NCBI RefSeq assembly: GCF_001194135.2
Contig: NC_068984.1
Span: 48,977,506-49,024,257, forward strand
Origin: Octopus bimaculoides
Lineage: Eukaryota
Direction of reading: 5' to 3'
DNA: 46,752 nucleotides
Shown in pieces: positions 32,582-44,400 of the stretch. The position numbers and the translations under genes were made by a program. The notes beneath the pieces were generated by a model. That model was not told the DNA's origin and made no database searches. It saw only the letters and a program-made list of their open reading frames with translations. Each line of letters opens with the position of its first letter. Within the stretch, counting starts at the first letter, position 1.

Positions 32582-33730
32582 TTGGGTTGGCAACTAAGTT
32601 CCGCCGTTTTTTTAATTTTGGAATTTATTGCGTTTTTAAATTTTGGAATCTATTGTTTTCGAGAATTCTATTTTTGAATCATTTTAGAATTTTTTTCTTG
32701 TTAATTTTAGCTAATGTTTCTTTATTTTCAGATCGTTAAAATGGAATGTCAAGTTAAGAAAAACGAGCATTTTCGACACCTCCTTCATTTTGCTTTTNNN
32801 NNNNNNNCCGTCCAGTTGAGTTCGATGAAGAGCGATTAAACCAACTTTTGTACGAAAATTTTCTTCAAACCACAAGGGAACTGGCAGAGAAAATGGAATG
32901 CTTCCACACAGCTATGGAGAAGCATATTCATCCGATGGGAAAGGCTCAGAAGTATGGAGCATGGGTTCCTCATGCTTTTAGTGACAACCACCAAAATCAA
33001 CGAGCCACAATCTCCGCTGGTTTACTTGCTCGTCACCGCTCAACTCATGGACACAAGCAACGATTTCTTTACCGAATCGTTACTAGCGACCAAAAATGGT
33101 GCCTGTACATCAATATGAAGCAGCGTAAGGAATGGCTTAGCCCCGGTAAACAAGCGACACCGCTCGTGAAACAAGATCTTCATCCGCATAAAACGATGTT
33201 GTGCGTATGGTGGAACTGGGAAGGGATTATCCATAAGGAATTGCTTAAACGAAACCAAACGGTCAACGCGGAACTCTACGTTCAACAAATGGAACGACTC
33301 AACACGGCTATTCAAGAGAAAAGACCTAATCGGCAGCATGGAGTTCTTCTGCTGCACGACAACGCCCGCCCTCATATCGGCAATATGACCAAGAAAGCCA
33401 TTCAAATGTTTGGATGGGAAGTGCGGCTTCACCCGCCGTACTCTCCTGATTTAGCACCAATGGATTTCCACCTCTTTCAATCTCTTTCATATGCTATGAG
33501 TGGATTTTCGTTCAATGCTAATGCAGAATTGAGAGCTTGGTTGGGTCAATTTTTCGAGTCGAAATCGAGTGATTTCTACCAACGAGATATTGAAAATCTT
33601 GTTGAACGTTGGGAAGAAGTTGTAAACAGCAAGGGTGAATACATTATTGATTAATTACTTGTTCTTTTATATTAAACCTTTTTTAAAAAATTAATTTTAA
33701 AAAACGGCGGGAACTTAGTTGCCAACCCAA
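32582..33730 (+). mobile_element. Young mariner (DD34D) transposon with both TIRs and TA target-site duplication
   Basis: Left TIR ttgggttggcaactaagttccgccgtttttt and right TIR aaaaaacggcgggaacttagttgccaacccaa differ by one indel. TA at 32580-32581 and 33731-33732. An N run at 32798-32807 hides part of the HTH region. Confidence 0.97.
32741..33654 (+). CDS. Mariner transposase (D,D34D), interrupted only by an assembly gap
   Basis: ATG at 32741 gives MECQVKKNEHFRHLLHFAF. After the gap: RPVEFDEERLNQLL..GAWVPHA..RIVTSDQKW..LLLHDNARPH..HPPYSPDLAPMDFHLF..GEYIID*. There are 34 residues between the second and third Asp and no stop in the 268-aa ORF 32848-33654. Confidence 0.9.
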
Positions 33731-34716
33731 TAGAATACACTACCAGAATACACTGCCAAAATGCTTCCGGTAATTAATCCATTGTATGCTAAAATATTTT
33801 CTCGTCTTTCGCTTTTTTATTATGGTTCTGTTTATCAGTAATTGATGACAGCATCAAATTGTGTAATGTATTTATGTAGTGGCCTATATCGACAAATTGT
33901 GTAGCCTATATCGACGCACGTTTTAAGTTTTGGTGTTTCTGCAGCATTGTGTAGATATCTTGTGTTCCGTCGTGAACCACTCAGGGGGATTTCAGTAGAT
34001 CGCTCCATACTTAGCGAGTAGTTTTTGGAGAGCGTTTAGATAATTCAACAACAAATTTTGAAAGTCTACCTTCGAAAATAATTTTAGTTGCCCATATTTA
34101 CATACTACTAGAGTTTCGGGTTTGTTCTGCTATAGCACCTGTTGTCTTCGCATTCCTGATTTTTATACTCCATATCCCTTTCTGTACAGTTGTTATAAAA
34201 CATAGTTATCTAGGTATCGGCACTAGATTAATTTCTGTTTTGTTCTTAGCTAGTTTTGGGTAAAATCGTTTTGGGTTGGAGTCAAATTATTTGCTTTGTT
34301 CGAAGAACTGTTAGCACTATTTTCGTAATAGCAGATTCTTAGATGCTCTTTATTTTGAGGTAATTCTTTCGCTATATTCTACTACTGTAGTATGTTGCAT
34401 TTGTGTATTGCTATTCATAATTTAATAAAGGACTGAAGGACAGAAAACTTTTCTCATGAATGTTTTCACTGTATGTTTGTTTTCAATGTAGCTTTTTCTA
34501 GTTTAGATGTTTAATTTTAGTAAATTTTAGAAAGAAAACATATTCTTTGTGAATTTTATTATTGCTATATTATTGCTATATTTGATTTACTCTGGCGATA
34601 TTGAAGCTTTACGATTGCAGAGTTTACGCTTTGTTTCTTATTGTTATATTGATGCTGAATTTTACTTCTGGTAGAGTTTGTTTTTATTTCTATCCACAGA
34701 GAATATCCTACATATA

Positions 34717-35605
34717 CAAGGTGCTGTCCAGAAGTTTTCAGGATTTGTCAGTTGAGTGTTTTATTAATTTCAAAGAAGTACACAATCTCTATCAAAGTAG
34801 AATACTCTGACTTCAATGCACTTATTGTAATGCACCAGTCACTTCGTCATGGCCTCGTAAAAATCGTCCAACGTGAAAGAGTTCAAGACTCTAGTCATTG
34901 CATCTTTCATCTTTAAAATTACCCTTAGTTTCGCCTTCAGCCTGGAGAACAACCAAATGTCACAGGGAAAGTGGCCTGGAATGTTGAGGGTAAAGGATAG
35001 TGTTGATGCCGATCTCTGTCATGTAGTTGGCTATCTGGTTGCGCGTTTCTGAACACACTGGGTATGAACTTTGCACAAATTTTGCGCATGCTCAGAACTT
35101 CATGAATAATTCTGTGTGCAGTTGCCACGCCAACTCCAAACTGTATCCTTATTATCTTTATAGACACACGACGGTCTTCACCCAGAAAATTACGAATTTT
35201 CTCAATCGTCACCATCCAACACTTCTCATGATCTCTCACCTCTTCTTGTCTACCATCCTTGAACCAATCTTGTCAGTGAAAAAATGTAACCCATAAGCAG
35301 TCTGGAGCGTTTCATAAGTTTCTGAAACGTTTTGCCCAGTTAAGCACAAACATTTACTGCATAGAGAAATTCCGAACATCACAACTGCATTCTGCAAACT
35401 AAACTAGTCATCTGTGAAAAGCAGTGTTTAATAAGATGTGTTCAAAGTGTTGTTACGGCCGTCTCCTACAATCTGGAATAACAAAAATTGGTAGATAAGC
35501 TTATTAGATGTATAAACATAATATATTAATATTACAAAAATATAAGACTGATGTAATTGCCTCGCCTAAAAAGGAAAGGTCTCAAAACTTTAGGAATGCA
35601 CCTCG
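34717..35605 (-). mobile_element. Internally deleted, decayed mariner with degenerate TIRs
   Basis: Left ta|caaggtgctgtccagaagtttt; reverse complement of right end ta|cgaggtgcattcctaaagtttt. Minus frames give EDRRVSIKII..FGVGVATAHRIIHEVLSMRKICAKFIP joined directly to YMTEIGINTILYPQHS (cf. HPPYSPDL) and the C-terminus, so the DD core is deleted. Confidence 0.82.
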
Positions 35606-36109
35606 TAGTTTAATACTTCAACTTTTATTTTAGACAATCTTTATATTCCACATTTTCTGTTTTAGTACTATTTACACTCTTTTCAGACGAACTTCTTCGC
35701 ATGGTTACGAAGTGTAATTTGACACCTCGAAGCGTTTGATTCAATTTGACTCAGTCTATCTTGAGCAAGAGATATTTTCTTTAGCCTGGAGTTGACTCAT
35801 ACCTTGTAAGTGAAGTTAGATACACGGAAACTGTATAGTGGTCCGTCGAGTGAGTTGTTCTTGTAATGCAAAAAATGCAACTTTTTTTACAGTGTCACGC
35901 TAATTCTGGCTGAAAATGTTGTTAAAGGTATACGTTCATGGCGAATTCCCAGCCACTTTACTCAATAATTCGGAATTAGTTAATTTAGTAGATCGAGAAA
36001 CTGAATACGCTTTTTCGAACGAGAAAGATCATTACTTTCATAGCTCTTACATATTTTTCATATTCCCTGTGAGCGTAATTGTGCTCTAGCAGTTGGTAAA
36101 AATCAGTGG

Positions 36110-36540
36110 GTTGGTGTTTTGGCAGCATTTGTAGAGTCTTGGACAAAACGACTTGCTTAGTTACATCGCTTATCATTCAAGGTTCAAGTGTCGCTAGAGT
36201 CTATTTTACCTTTCTTCGTTTCTGAATCGATAAAATGAACTAACGCCTTACGTCCTTTCGAGGCCTATAAAATAAGTAACAATTCGGCACTGGAGTCGAT
36301 GAAATTGATTTACTCCTCCCCTAGTGCCAAATTTTGAAACCAACATTATGATTTATTATTAAGGCGGTGATTTGGCAGAATAGTTAGCTAGCCGGGCAAA
36401 ATGTTTTGCGGCATTTCATCAGTCTTTACGTTATGAGCTCAAATTCTAACCCGATTGACTTCGTCCTTTCGGAGTCGATGAAATAAGAACCAATTGAACA
36501 CTGAATCGACGTTCCGAAATTATACCAAAATTTGAAACCA
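36110..36540 (+). mobile_element. Two family A SINEs in tandem (~36110-36345 and 36361-36540)
   Basis: ttattattaaggcggtgatttggcagaatagttagc..catttc..gagctcaaattc..cgtcctttcggagtcgatgaaataag; the upstream copy is more diverged. The second ends in (ATT)n. Confidence 0.8.
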
Positions 36541-36698
<158 letters not shown>

Positions 36699-36699
36699 A

Positions 36700-37055
36700 C
36701 CAATGTTTTAACTCTGGCTTTGATAGAACTCCTGGAATCTTGTGTGTGTAACTGGATTGTTGCACGCAGCCTACGGTGTCATGTTATCTGCTCTTTTCAT
36801 TTCATACTTTCAGGATGATTCTGGCCATGTCAAGGAGGCAAACCTTTTGTAACAGTTCTACTGGGCACTCTATTCCTATTTTCTTTATATTCCTCCTGAC
36901 ACTGTCCCCAAGGACTCAACAATAATTAGTATTATTTTCACCTTCAGTTTTCCCAGTCAACTTCGTCGTATTTTAGAGGGATGTATATATCTAACTTTTC
37001 GCCTTCTTTCTTAACTATTCCTGGATCAAAGGTGCACGCAACATCAGTTATAGAG
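36700..37055 (-). mobile_element. 5'-truncated R4/Dong-like retrotransposon (REL C-terminus plus 3' UTR)
   Basis: Minus frames give YSITDVACTFDPGIVKKEGEKLDIYIPLKY, IIVESLGTV and KKIGIECPVELLQKVCLLDMARIILKV*. On its sense strand it is preceded by (CAA)n and followed by (GTA)n then (TAA)n. Confidence 0.85.
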
Positions 37056-37092
37056 TAAATGTTGTTGTTGTTGTTGTTGTAATACTTATTAT

Positions 37093-37182
37093 TAAGGCTG
37101 ACAGAATCGCTAGTACGCTGGGAAAAATGCGTAGTGGCATTTCGTCCGTCTTTACGTTCTGAGTTCAAATTTCGCCGAGGTC
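37093..37182 (+). mobile_element. Family A SINE, 5' portion
   Basis: ttattattaaggctgacagaatcgctagtacgctgggaaaaatg..catttcgtccgtctttacgttctgagttcaaatttcgccgaggtc. Confidence 0.85.
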
Positions 37183-37204
37183 TAGTTACATGTCACCGGT
37201 ACTA

Positions 37205-37470
37205 GTTACATGTCACCAGCGTCGGCCACGACTACGGTTTCTCTTGGCTTGACGGGTCTCCTCTAGCAAGACAAATCACCTAAGGTCTCGGTCACTTGTC
37301 CTTGCCTCCATGATGCTCAACGTTCAAAGGGTGCTGTGTGTGTGTCACCAGCACGGGTGAAGGTACGTGAAATTGGCACTGGCTACGATTACGACTTCAT
37401 TTGGTTTCACACGTCTTCTCAAGCACAGTATATCGCCAAAGGTCTCGATCACTTGTCATTGCCTCCGTAA
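37205..37470 (-). mobile_element. Two tandem ~140-bp 3'-end fragments of an RTE-type LINE
   Basis: aaggtctcggtcacttgtccttgcctcc (~37283) and aaggtctcgatcacttgtcattgcctcc (~37439). The minus frame of the second gives TEAMTSDRDLWRYTVLE, the post-RT DR..WR motif. Confidence 0.7.
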
Positions 37471-37589
37471 TCATGTATAACCACTACTTCTCATGTTTTA
37501 CCTCTTCCAAAGATTCACTCCACAATTACAGATCGGAACTTCTTTGCACAGTTATCTTGGTCCCTACACATCACATTACCATAGAAGAC

Positions 37590-38396
37590 TGTCGTGTAAC
37601 AATTCAAGAAACTGATCACGAGGTGGAATAAGTGCAAGATCAGGGCATTCCATTTTAACGAAGATTAATGCATGCGCATAGTGCCGGTAAAATTCGTCTC
37701 CAAGATGCTGAGGGAGCAGCAGTAGCAACTCTGCATGGAAATCATTCAGGACATACACGACTGAGAAAACCACGACGTAGACTTCATAAAGATTATCATC
37801 ACTTGTGATGAGACAAAGGCTTATGGTTAGGATCCGGAAAACAAGTCCCACTCCTCCCAATGGAAGCATCACCAAGGCCCAAAATAGCACGACTGATTTC
37901 AGCAATTTGAAGGTTATTTTGGCCTGTCTCTTTGACTGTCGTGGCATCGTACATCATGAATACATACCACAGGACCAAATAATCATTAAGGAATATTATA
38001 TGGAGGTTATACGTCGCCTTCGTGTTGTGCGTCGAAGGTGGTCCAGATATATGGGCAGCAAAGAAATGGGAACTTCACCACGACAATGCACCCGCTCTTC
38101 TGCCCACATAATCCAAACTTACCTGGTCATGAACAGCACACCACTTGCTCGACAGTGAAAGAAATACTGAAAGGGAAGTGATTTCAGTCACGAGAGGAAA
38201 ATCAGAAAAAACGACGGTGAAGCTCCTTAGCATTTCAGTGAAGAAATTCCAGAGGTGTTGCCAGAAGTGCCAGGATTGCTCGGAGAAGCGTGTGAACTCT
38301 CAAAAAGATTATTATGAAGGTGGATAAATGAATTTGTGAAATGTAGAAAATAACTTTTATTACGCCAACGGTTGGATACTCTTTGAGCGCACCTCA
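37590..38396 (+). mobile_element. Decayed mariner, 3' two-thirds with right TIR
   Basis: RVTIQE..; FIKIIITCDET..DPENKSHSSQW; KVILACLFDCRGIVHHEYIPQDQIIIKEYYMEVIRRLR; WELHHDNAP. The YSPDL segment is deleted. Ends ggatactctttgagcgcacctca|ta. Confidence 0.88.
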
Positions 38397-39286
38397 TATA
38401 TAACTATATTTATCTATACAGCTTCCTGTATCTGTCTGTCTGTCTATATGTATGTACGTATGGTTTCTTGCTATGTAAACACTATGCGAAGTCATATTAC
38501 TGTTGGAATAATATCTTATCAGATATGCATACATTTGTGCACCTGGCATTGGAGTATGAATGACTTGTTTATATGTTTTCGACTTATTCTGTTTGTATCA
38601 ATTGTGCTACCAACGGTCAATTCGATAATACTGATACGGTCACTGAGATAAAACAACGTTTAATTAACCCTCCTAATATAAGAAGAGACGATTGTGTTAT
38701 CAGGATGACCTGAATATAGGCTAGTGACCCATCGAACAATGTCATAGTCGTTAAAATTAGAAAGACCTTGAAGTTCACGTTACAAGTATTTTTGTTTGTC
38801 AATATGACATTTTTTAGACAATTTATTATTAGAACAGACAACATTAATAGCAAATTCAACTGAATCTTTTCTATTCTTCTTTATGTAAACTATACACTAA
38901 ATGGTTATTATAAGGTTCTTTTTTGGGTGCTACTTTCAGTTTATTCAGTAATATAAAATATCACAACTTATAGCTGCAGAGAAAAGCCATTACTATAAAT
39001 GGAAAGCAGAATATTTAGGTTAAATGTTTGACTTTATCAACTGCAATTTACAAGAAAGAGCATGATATAGTATATATGTAACAATGCCCGGTGTTGAGGA
39101 CTTCATACATTCGCGATTTTGGTCAGAGGCATAACTTAAATCCAATGTAACTTTGCTGTAAGAGTCTAACACAGAACTGGATTGCCTACACTTCTATTTA
39201 AATGCACAGGGACAGTTACAAGCTAACTGCACCCTCGTTAGTTTACCGCTGATATCATTACTTCCAACTGTAGGTTCCATCCATAC

Positions 39287-39358
39287 CTGTACACATTTAG
39301 AGTTAAAGTGATGTTCTTATTGATAGTTATGTTCGTGTCACCATATCCCTTCCTATAC
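39287..39358 (-). CDS. Candidate symmetric exon (72 nt, phase 2-2) of an unidentified gene
   Basis: Minus-strand acceptor tatgtattgtag| and donor GTACAG|gtatgg. Single open frame YRKGYGDTNITINKNITLTLNVY with two N-x-T sequons. No recognised homology. Confidence 0.25.
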
Positions 39359-39906
39359 CTACAATACATATTAAGCTGCTCCTTTCAACCTTGCGAAGTT
39401 ATTTGATTACTATAAAAGTTTAATCAAGTATGTTCAATGGAAAACAATCTCACGAGAATTCTTCTACTGTAGCCTAAATTAGAAAATTATGTACACTATA
39501 GTCCATAGTCCATGTATTCGAATGTAGGTTATTGGTAGTAAAGTATGTCCTACTTAAAAAGTGAACTATATATGGTTTTATTTTGCGCCTAGCTGTTTAT
39601 ATTAGTTTTCGATACACACATTATGATTTTGCTCAATCAGCCATAAATTTATATGGTAAATATATATACTGACAAACCGATTTAGACAAACTCTCCGACC
39701 GACGAAGTATTAAATACTGACGAGTCTACGACTGATATACACAACTAGTGTAGCTTAGAGATCCGAGCTTCCTATATTGGGCGTTTATCTCCCCTGTCAG
39801 TGACATATTGTGCTCTTCATACAGCGTTAAGAGTTTTAACTCTTATCTCTTGCAAGACAAGGTGTTATTCAACGCCCTCAGTCACAGTTAGGGACGTTCA
39901 AATATA

Positions 39907-39972
<66 letters not shown>

Positions 39973-39974
<2 letters not shown>

Positions 39975-40200
39975 CGCATGGCCAAAGTGGTTAGGGTCTT
40001 GCACTCATGGTCGGTAGATAGTGATTTCAGGTTCTTGACTGGGTGGTCGTTGTGTTCTTGAGCAAAACACTTCATCTCGATTTGATGGAGAGAGTGGACT
40101 AATGTGCAGCACAAACATTTTGGTCTCTATAAACCAATCATCTGTGCAGGTCGTCTGGCAAAAGCGGAATGCTCATACGTCGTCTTTTACGGGACAGTCC
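39973..40200 (+). mobile_element. tRNA-derived SINE related to family C, directly after a (TG)n tract (39911-39972)
   Basis: ggcgcatggccaaagtggttagg (A box), gttgtgttcttgagcaaaacacttcatc (same CORE-like block as the 31.4 kb copy). Confidence 0.75.
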
Positions 40201-40504
40201 GTCATATATGTGCGCGTGTAGTAGTAGTAGTAGTAGTAAATAATTTTACTCACCTTGTAGTCTATAGAAATTTCTGATCAGCTTGGGAGGGTGGAATAGA
40301 AATTGGACATTCATGAGCATAACATCATAGACACTTTTACTTAATTTCAACATCAGATATTTTGAACTCACCAATCGCAATCTGTGGGACAAATCACATA
40401 TATTTTTTATTTACCGTTATGGAGAAAATATATCTTAATTCCATAATTCCGACATTTATGACTCAGAAGTTGTATGAAAGCTTCTAGTAATAGTATTTTA
40501 AAAT

Positions 40505-40940
40505 TTTGGTACGAGGCCAGCAATTTTAGGAAAGTGATATATCAGTTATATCGACCAAGTGATCATCTAGTATTTATTCATCGACCCTCAAAGATGAAAG
40601 GCAAAGCCAACCCGAGTGGAATTTGAACGCGGAACTAAAGAGGAACGAAATGCTGCTAAGCATTTTGTCCAGCTTGCTAAGTACTGTGTCAGCTTGGCGC
40701 CTTGTCTCTATAATATTGGTTTCAAGTATTGGTACAAAGCAATTTCGTGGGATCGGTAAGTCGATTAAATCGACGCTAGTATTCAACTGCTACTTATTTT
40801 ATCCAATGGAAGTTATTTTGCCGATTCCGAAAGAATGAAAAGCAAAATCAATCCCGGCAGCGTTTAAACTCAAACTTAAAATCTGAAAAAATGCTACTAA
40901 TCACTTTTTTTCGGCGAGGTAACCATTCTGCCAGTATACT
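40505..40940 (-). mobile_element. Two family A SINEs in tandem (~40505-40700 and ~40712-40940)
   Basis: tcatcgaccctcaaagatgaaaggcaaagccaacccgagtggaatttgaac..gaaatgctgctaagcatttt; and gtaagtcgattaaatcgac..ccgaaagaatgaaaagcaaaatc..tttaaactc..aaccattctgccag. Confidence 0.8.
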
Positions 40941-41449
40941 GCTTTAATGCTTCAAGTGATATTGCAGCGTTTTAAGAACTGCTTTAAAAAATTGTTACTG
41001 ACACCAAAAGTAAAGATATTTTCGACAACTTTTACTATTATACCNNNNNNNNNNNNNNNNNNNNNNNNNNNNNNNNNNNNNNNNNNNNNNNNNNNNNNNN
41101 NNNNNNNNNNNNNNNNNNNNNNNNNNNNNNNNNNNNNNNNNNNNNNNNNNNNNNNNNNNNNNNNNNNNNNNNNNNNNNNNNNNNNNNNNNNNNNNNNNNN
41201 NNNNNNNNNNNNNNNNNNNNNNNNNNNNNNNNNNNNNNNNNNNNNNNNNNNNNNNNNNNNNNNNNNNNNNNNNNNNNNNNNNNNNNNNNNNNNNNNNNNN
41301 NNNNNNNNNNNNNNNNNNNNNNNNNNNNNNNNNNNNNNNNNNNNNNNNNNNNNNNNNNNNNNNNNNNNNNNNNNNNNNNNNNNNNNNNNNNNNNNNNNNN
41401 NNNNNNNNNNNNNNNNNNNNNNNNNNNNNNNNNNNNNNNNNNNNNNNNN

Positions 41450-41485
<36 letters not shown>

Positions 41486-44400
41486 TCGTACAGTAAAAAT
41501 AAGAGTTTTTATGAGCTTTTCAGGAGATACAATAATTCTTCCAAGTTGCAATCACTTTAGTTTTAACAGATTGCCTGAGATCAACTTATTTGCCAAAGAG
41601 ATACTATACTAAAATTTTGTAGTACTTCCTACGATACCATGGATCGTTATGGGCGATGACACCTTAAAATGCAGTTGCTATAACTGGTGCACTTTGCAAC
41701 GTCACAATACTGCAAGCAGCATCTAGTTTAAAGCTTCCTTTCATTTCACCAAACAACTGTGGCTTGTTTGCAAAAGAAAAAGGCGCGCAGTTTTTGCACA
41801 CGCTATCATAAGATAGTAAGTGTTTTTACATATTATATATGCTTACTTCTGCAAGATATCACCCAAATGGAGTGAGATCTTGTCATTGTTCCTCCACTGC
41901 TTCAGAGTCGGTGACTCACGAACTCAATTTACAATTTTGAGACGTGATATGCAATCTTTAACGTTGCAACTACTACGAGATCAGCAAAAGAGCCGAAGCA
42001 GTAGTAATTGGTTCGTTATTATTTATGAGGGCGTAATTACTTTACCAGCTCTTAAAGTACTCAGTAGCTAAAAGTTCACATTCAAATTTGCTATTTAAAG
42101 TCATATTTTTTTCGGGTAGATTTTCAGCCTTATTTATCTGACGAAAGACTTTGATAGTAAATTAGAATTGTCTTGTCTTCAGAGAAAACCGAAACTAGTT
42201 TTTCGGTTATTGTTAAACCGGATTTGCACACAAGACCCTCACTTGTTTCCTCAGAGCTATATTTCTGTATCCAATATTTTAACATTGCACGAGTCACAAT
42301 ATCAAGCAAAATGAATTTGAAATCCGTGGCAATATAAGCGAGAGAGTACCTAATTATATTATAGACATAGCTTATAAGGATCTTTTAGTTTACGAAATGC
42401 AATTTTAGCCATGATTAAAGCAAGCAAGGATAGCACATATTCTTAAAAAACGTACATATTGCAAAAACGCATAAAACATCAAGAAAAGGTTCAGAAATGT
42501 CAAATATCTGGGTCATAGAGACAATAGAGGTCTGTATAATAAAAGAAATTTTAGAAGCAAAGAAAACTTGAGAGCAAAAATAAACTCGCAGCTAGAAATG
42601 TAACTAATGCATATAGTATTTCTTTTGAGCAGCACTGGAAAGCATAGGTCAGATTTTTGAATACGAACGAAAATATTGTTTTTTTAATTAATTTCATTTC
42701 GAAGTGATTTGCATTTTAATATTTCAAGTTTTATGCTAATGAATTATGATTTTGACATATGAAGACAGTATAGTCTTGAGCATTTAGATTTTTAAAATTT
42801 TAAGACACTTGACGTCCAAACATACCTAGTACGTTTACATAATTGAATCGTACTGGTTTCATACCACGTAAGATCTACTCGCACAAACATTTAGTCAGAA
42901 ACTTTGCAGCAGTTGTGAACGTACAGTCCTTCAGTATATCAGAAGCTATGTTGTCCATGTGTCTTCCTTCTTAAAATAGTAGAAATAAATTTCGAAGAGA
43001 TATTGCCGCTATTTCTAGCAGGATAAATGCCTATATAGATAGTCCCTCGTTGACTCGGTTGACATTTTGTTGGTACATTGGTGTCATATGGCTTTTCTTT
43101 TGTTCTGCGAAACTTGCAATAATTGCCCATGAGTATCGAGAATCAAAGCAGTAATGTATCTAGTCATTCTCAATACGTTCTGGCAGATTCAAACGTAAAT
43201 ATACTGATCCCTTTTGTATTTTGTTGCTGGAGAATCCTTCCTTTTTTTTAGTTGATATTCGTTCATAACGAATGCGATTCATTAATATTAGAAGACTTTG
43301 GAAGACTGTAGCGTTCCGACCTTACTGTGTGTCTCCACAGTGAAACAAGTCTCTAAAACAAAACTCAAACTTGAATACTTAGTCTTGTTTATAGAAAGCA
43401 GCAAATAGATAATTTCCTGATGCGTGTTGGCGACTTCCAAGTTGATAACAATTAATGCAATGCTTGCAGAACAGCAAGAATCAAAATACTAATGTATCTA
43501 TTCAATCTCAGTACGTTCTGAGATTTTCGAACGTGAAATTGCTGATGGTTGTTGTTGCTCCGATGACGAAAACCAACAGCGAACAGCATATTCACGTTTG
43601 AATCAGCCTGAACTATTCAGAATGAATGAATATATTAACACGATAATTGGTTGTAATATTATAAATTATCATTCTGATTTTGTTATTATGCAACATATGT
43701 GCAATGTAAGGCTTTTTGAGATGTTATATGTCACGGTGACAAGTTCTGTTTTGTATTATATGTTATGTGCCTATCAGTATGTGTTTTGTTTGCCTGAGTA
43801 TGAATGTGCATGTACGTACGTTTGTATGTGTAAATGAGATATTGATTTAGGTGACACTACACTATGTCCTTACATTTGCTTATCAGCAAAATTGAGAACA
43901 TTAGGTGATTGTGATTCATAAGGTGATTGTCATTTCATTTCGTGCCGTATTTAATTTGTTCTCGTGAAACAAACGTTATGTTTTAAGCATGTATATATGC
44001 ACAATGTGTGTTGACACATGTGGGAAGAAAATGTTAATACAATGTTAGGATATGATATTACATGCTCATAGGTGTCACGTGAACACATATACAGACAGGC
44101 ACATGCACACATACACACACACATACACAAACACATTGTAAGTGCATACTGAAAACGATTCATGAAAAGACAAAACCTTCAAGGAAAGATGCATTTTTGT
44201 GTGTTCGTAACTCAGTCGAGAATCTGTTTAGTGTATTGAAAAGTAGTTTCTCAGCCACTAATACGAGATATCATATAGAGACGTGCAAAACAAAAACGGA
44301 CTGAGATGAAAGCTTTTGTAAAATCTTTTTCATAAGAAAATTACTAACAGATCCCATCAGCTTTTGTAGCCTCCAGGACAGGACAGATGGAAGAAAATAC

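Noticed and set aside
36800-36930. Strong + strand acceptor ttttcatttcatactttcag| at ~36833
   Set aside because: It is the antisense of the Dong-like ORF end and 3' UTR.
39712-39740. ctgacga-gtc-tac-gac hammerhead-like start; similar ctgatga at ~23407 and ctgacga at ~42137
   Set aside because: No GAAA directly after a closed stem II, so the catalytic core is incomplete.
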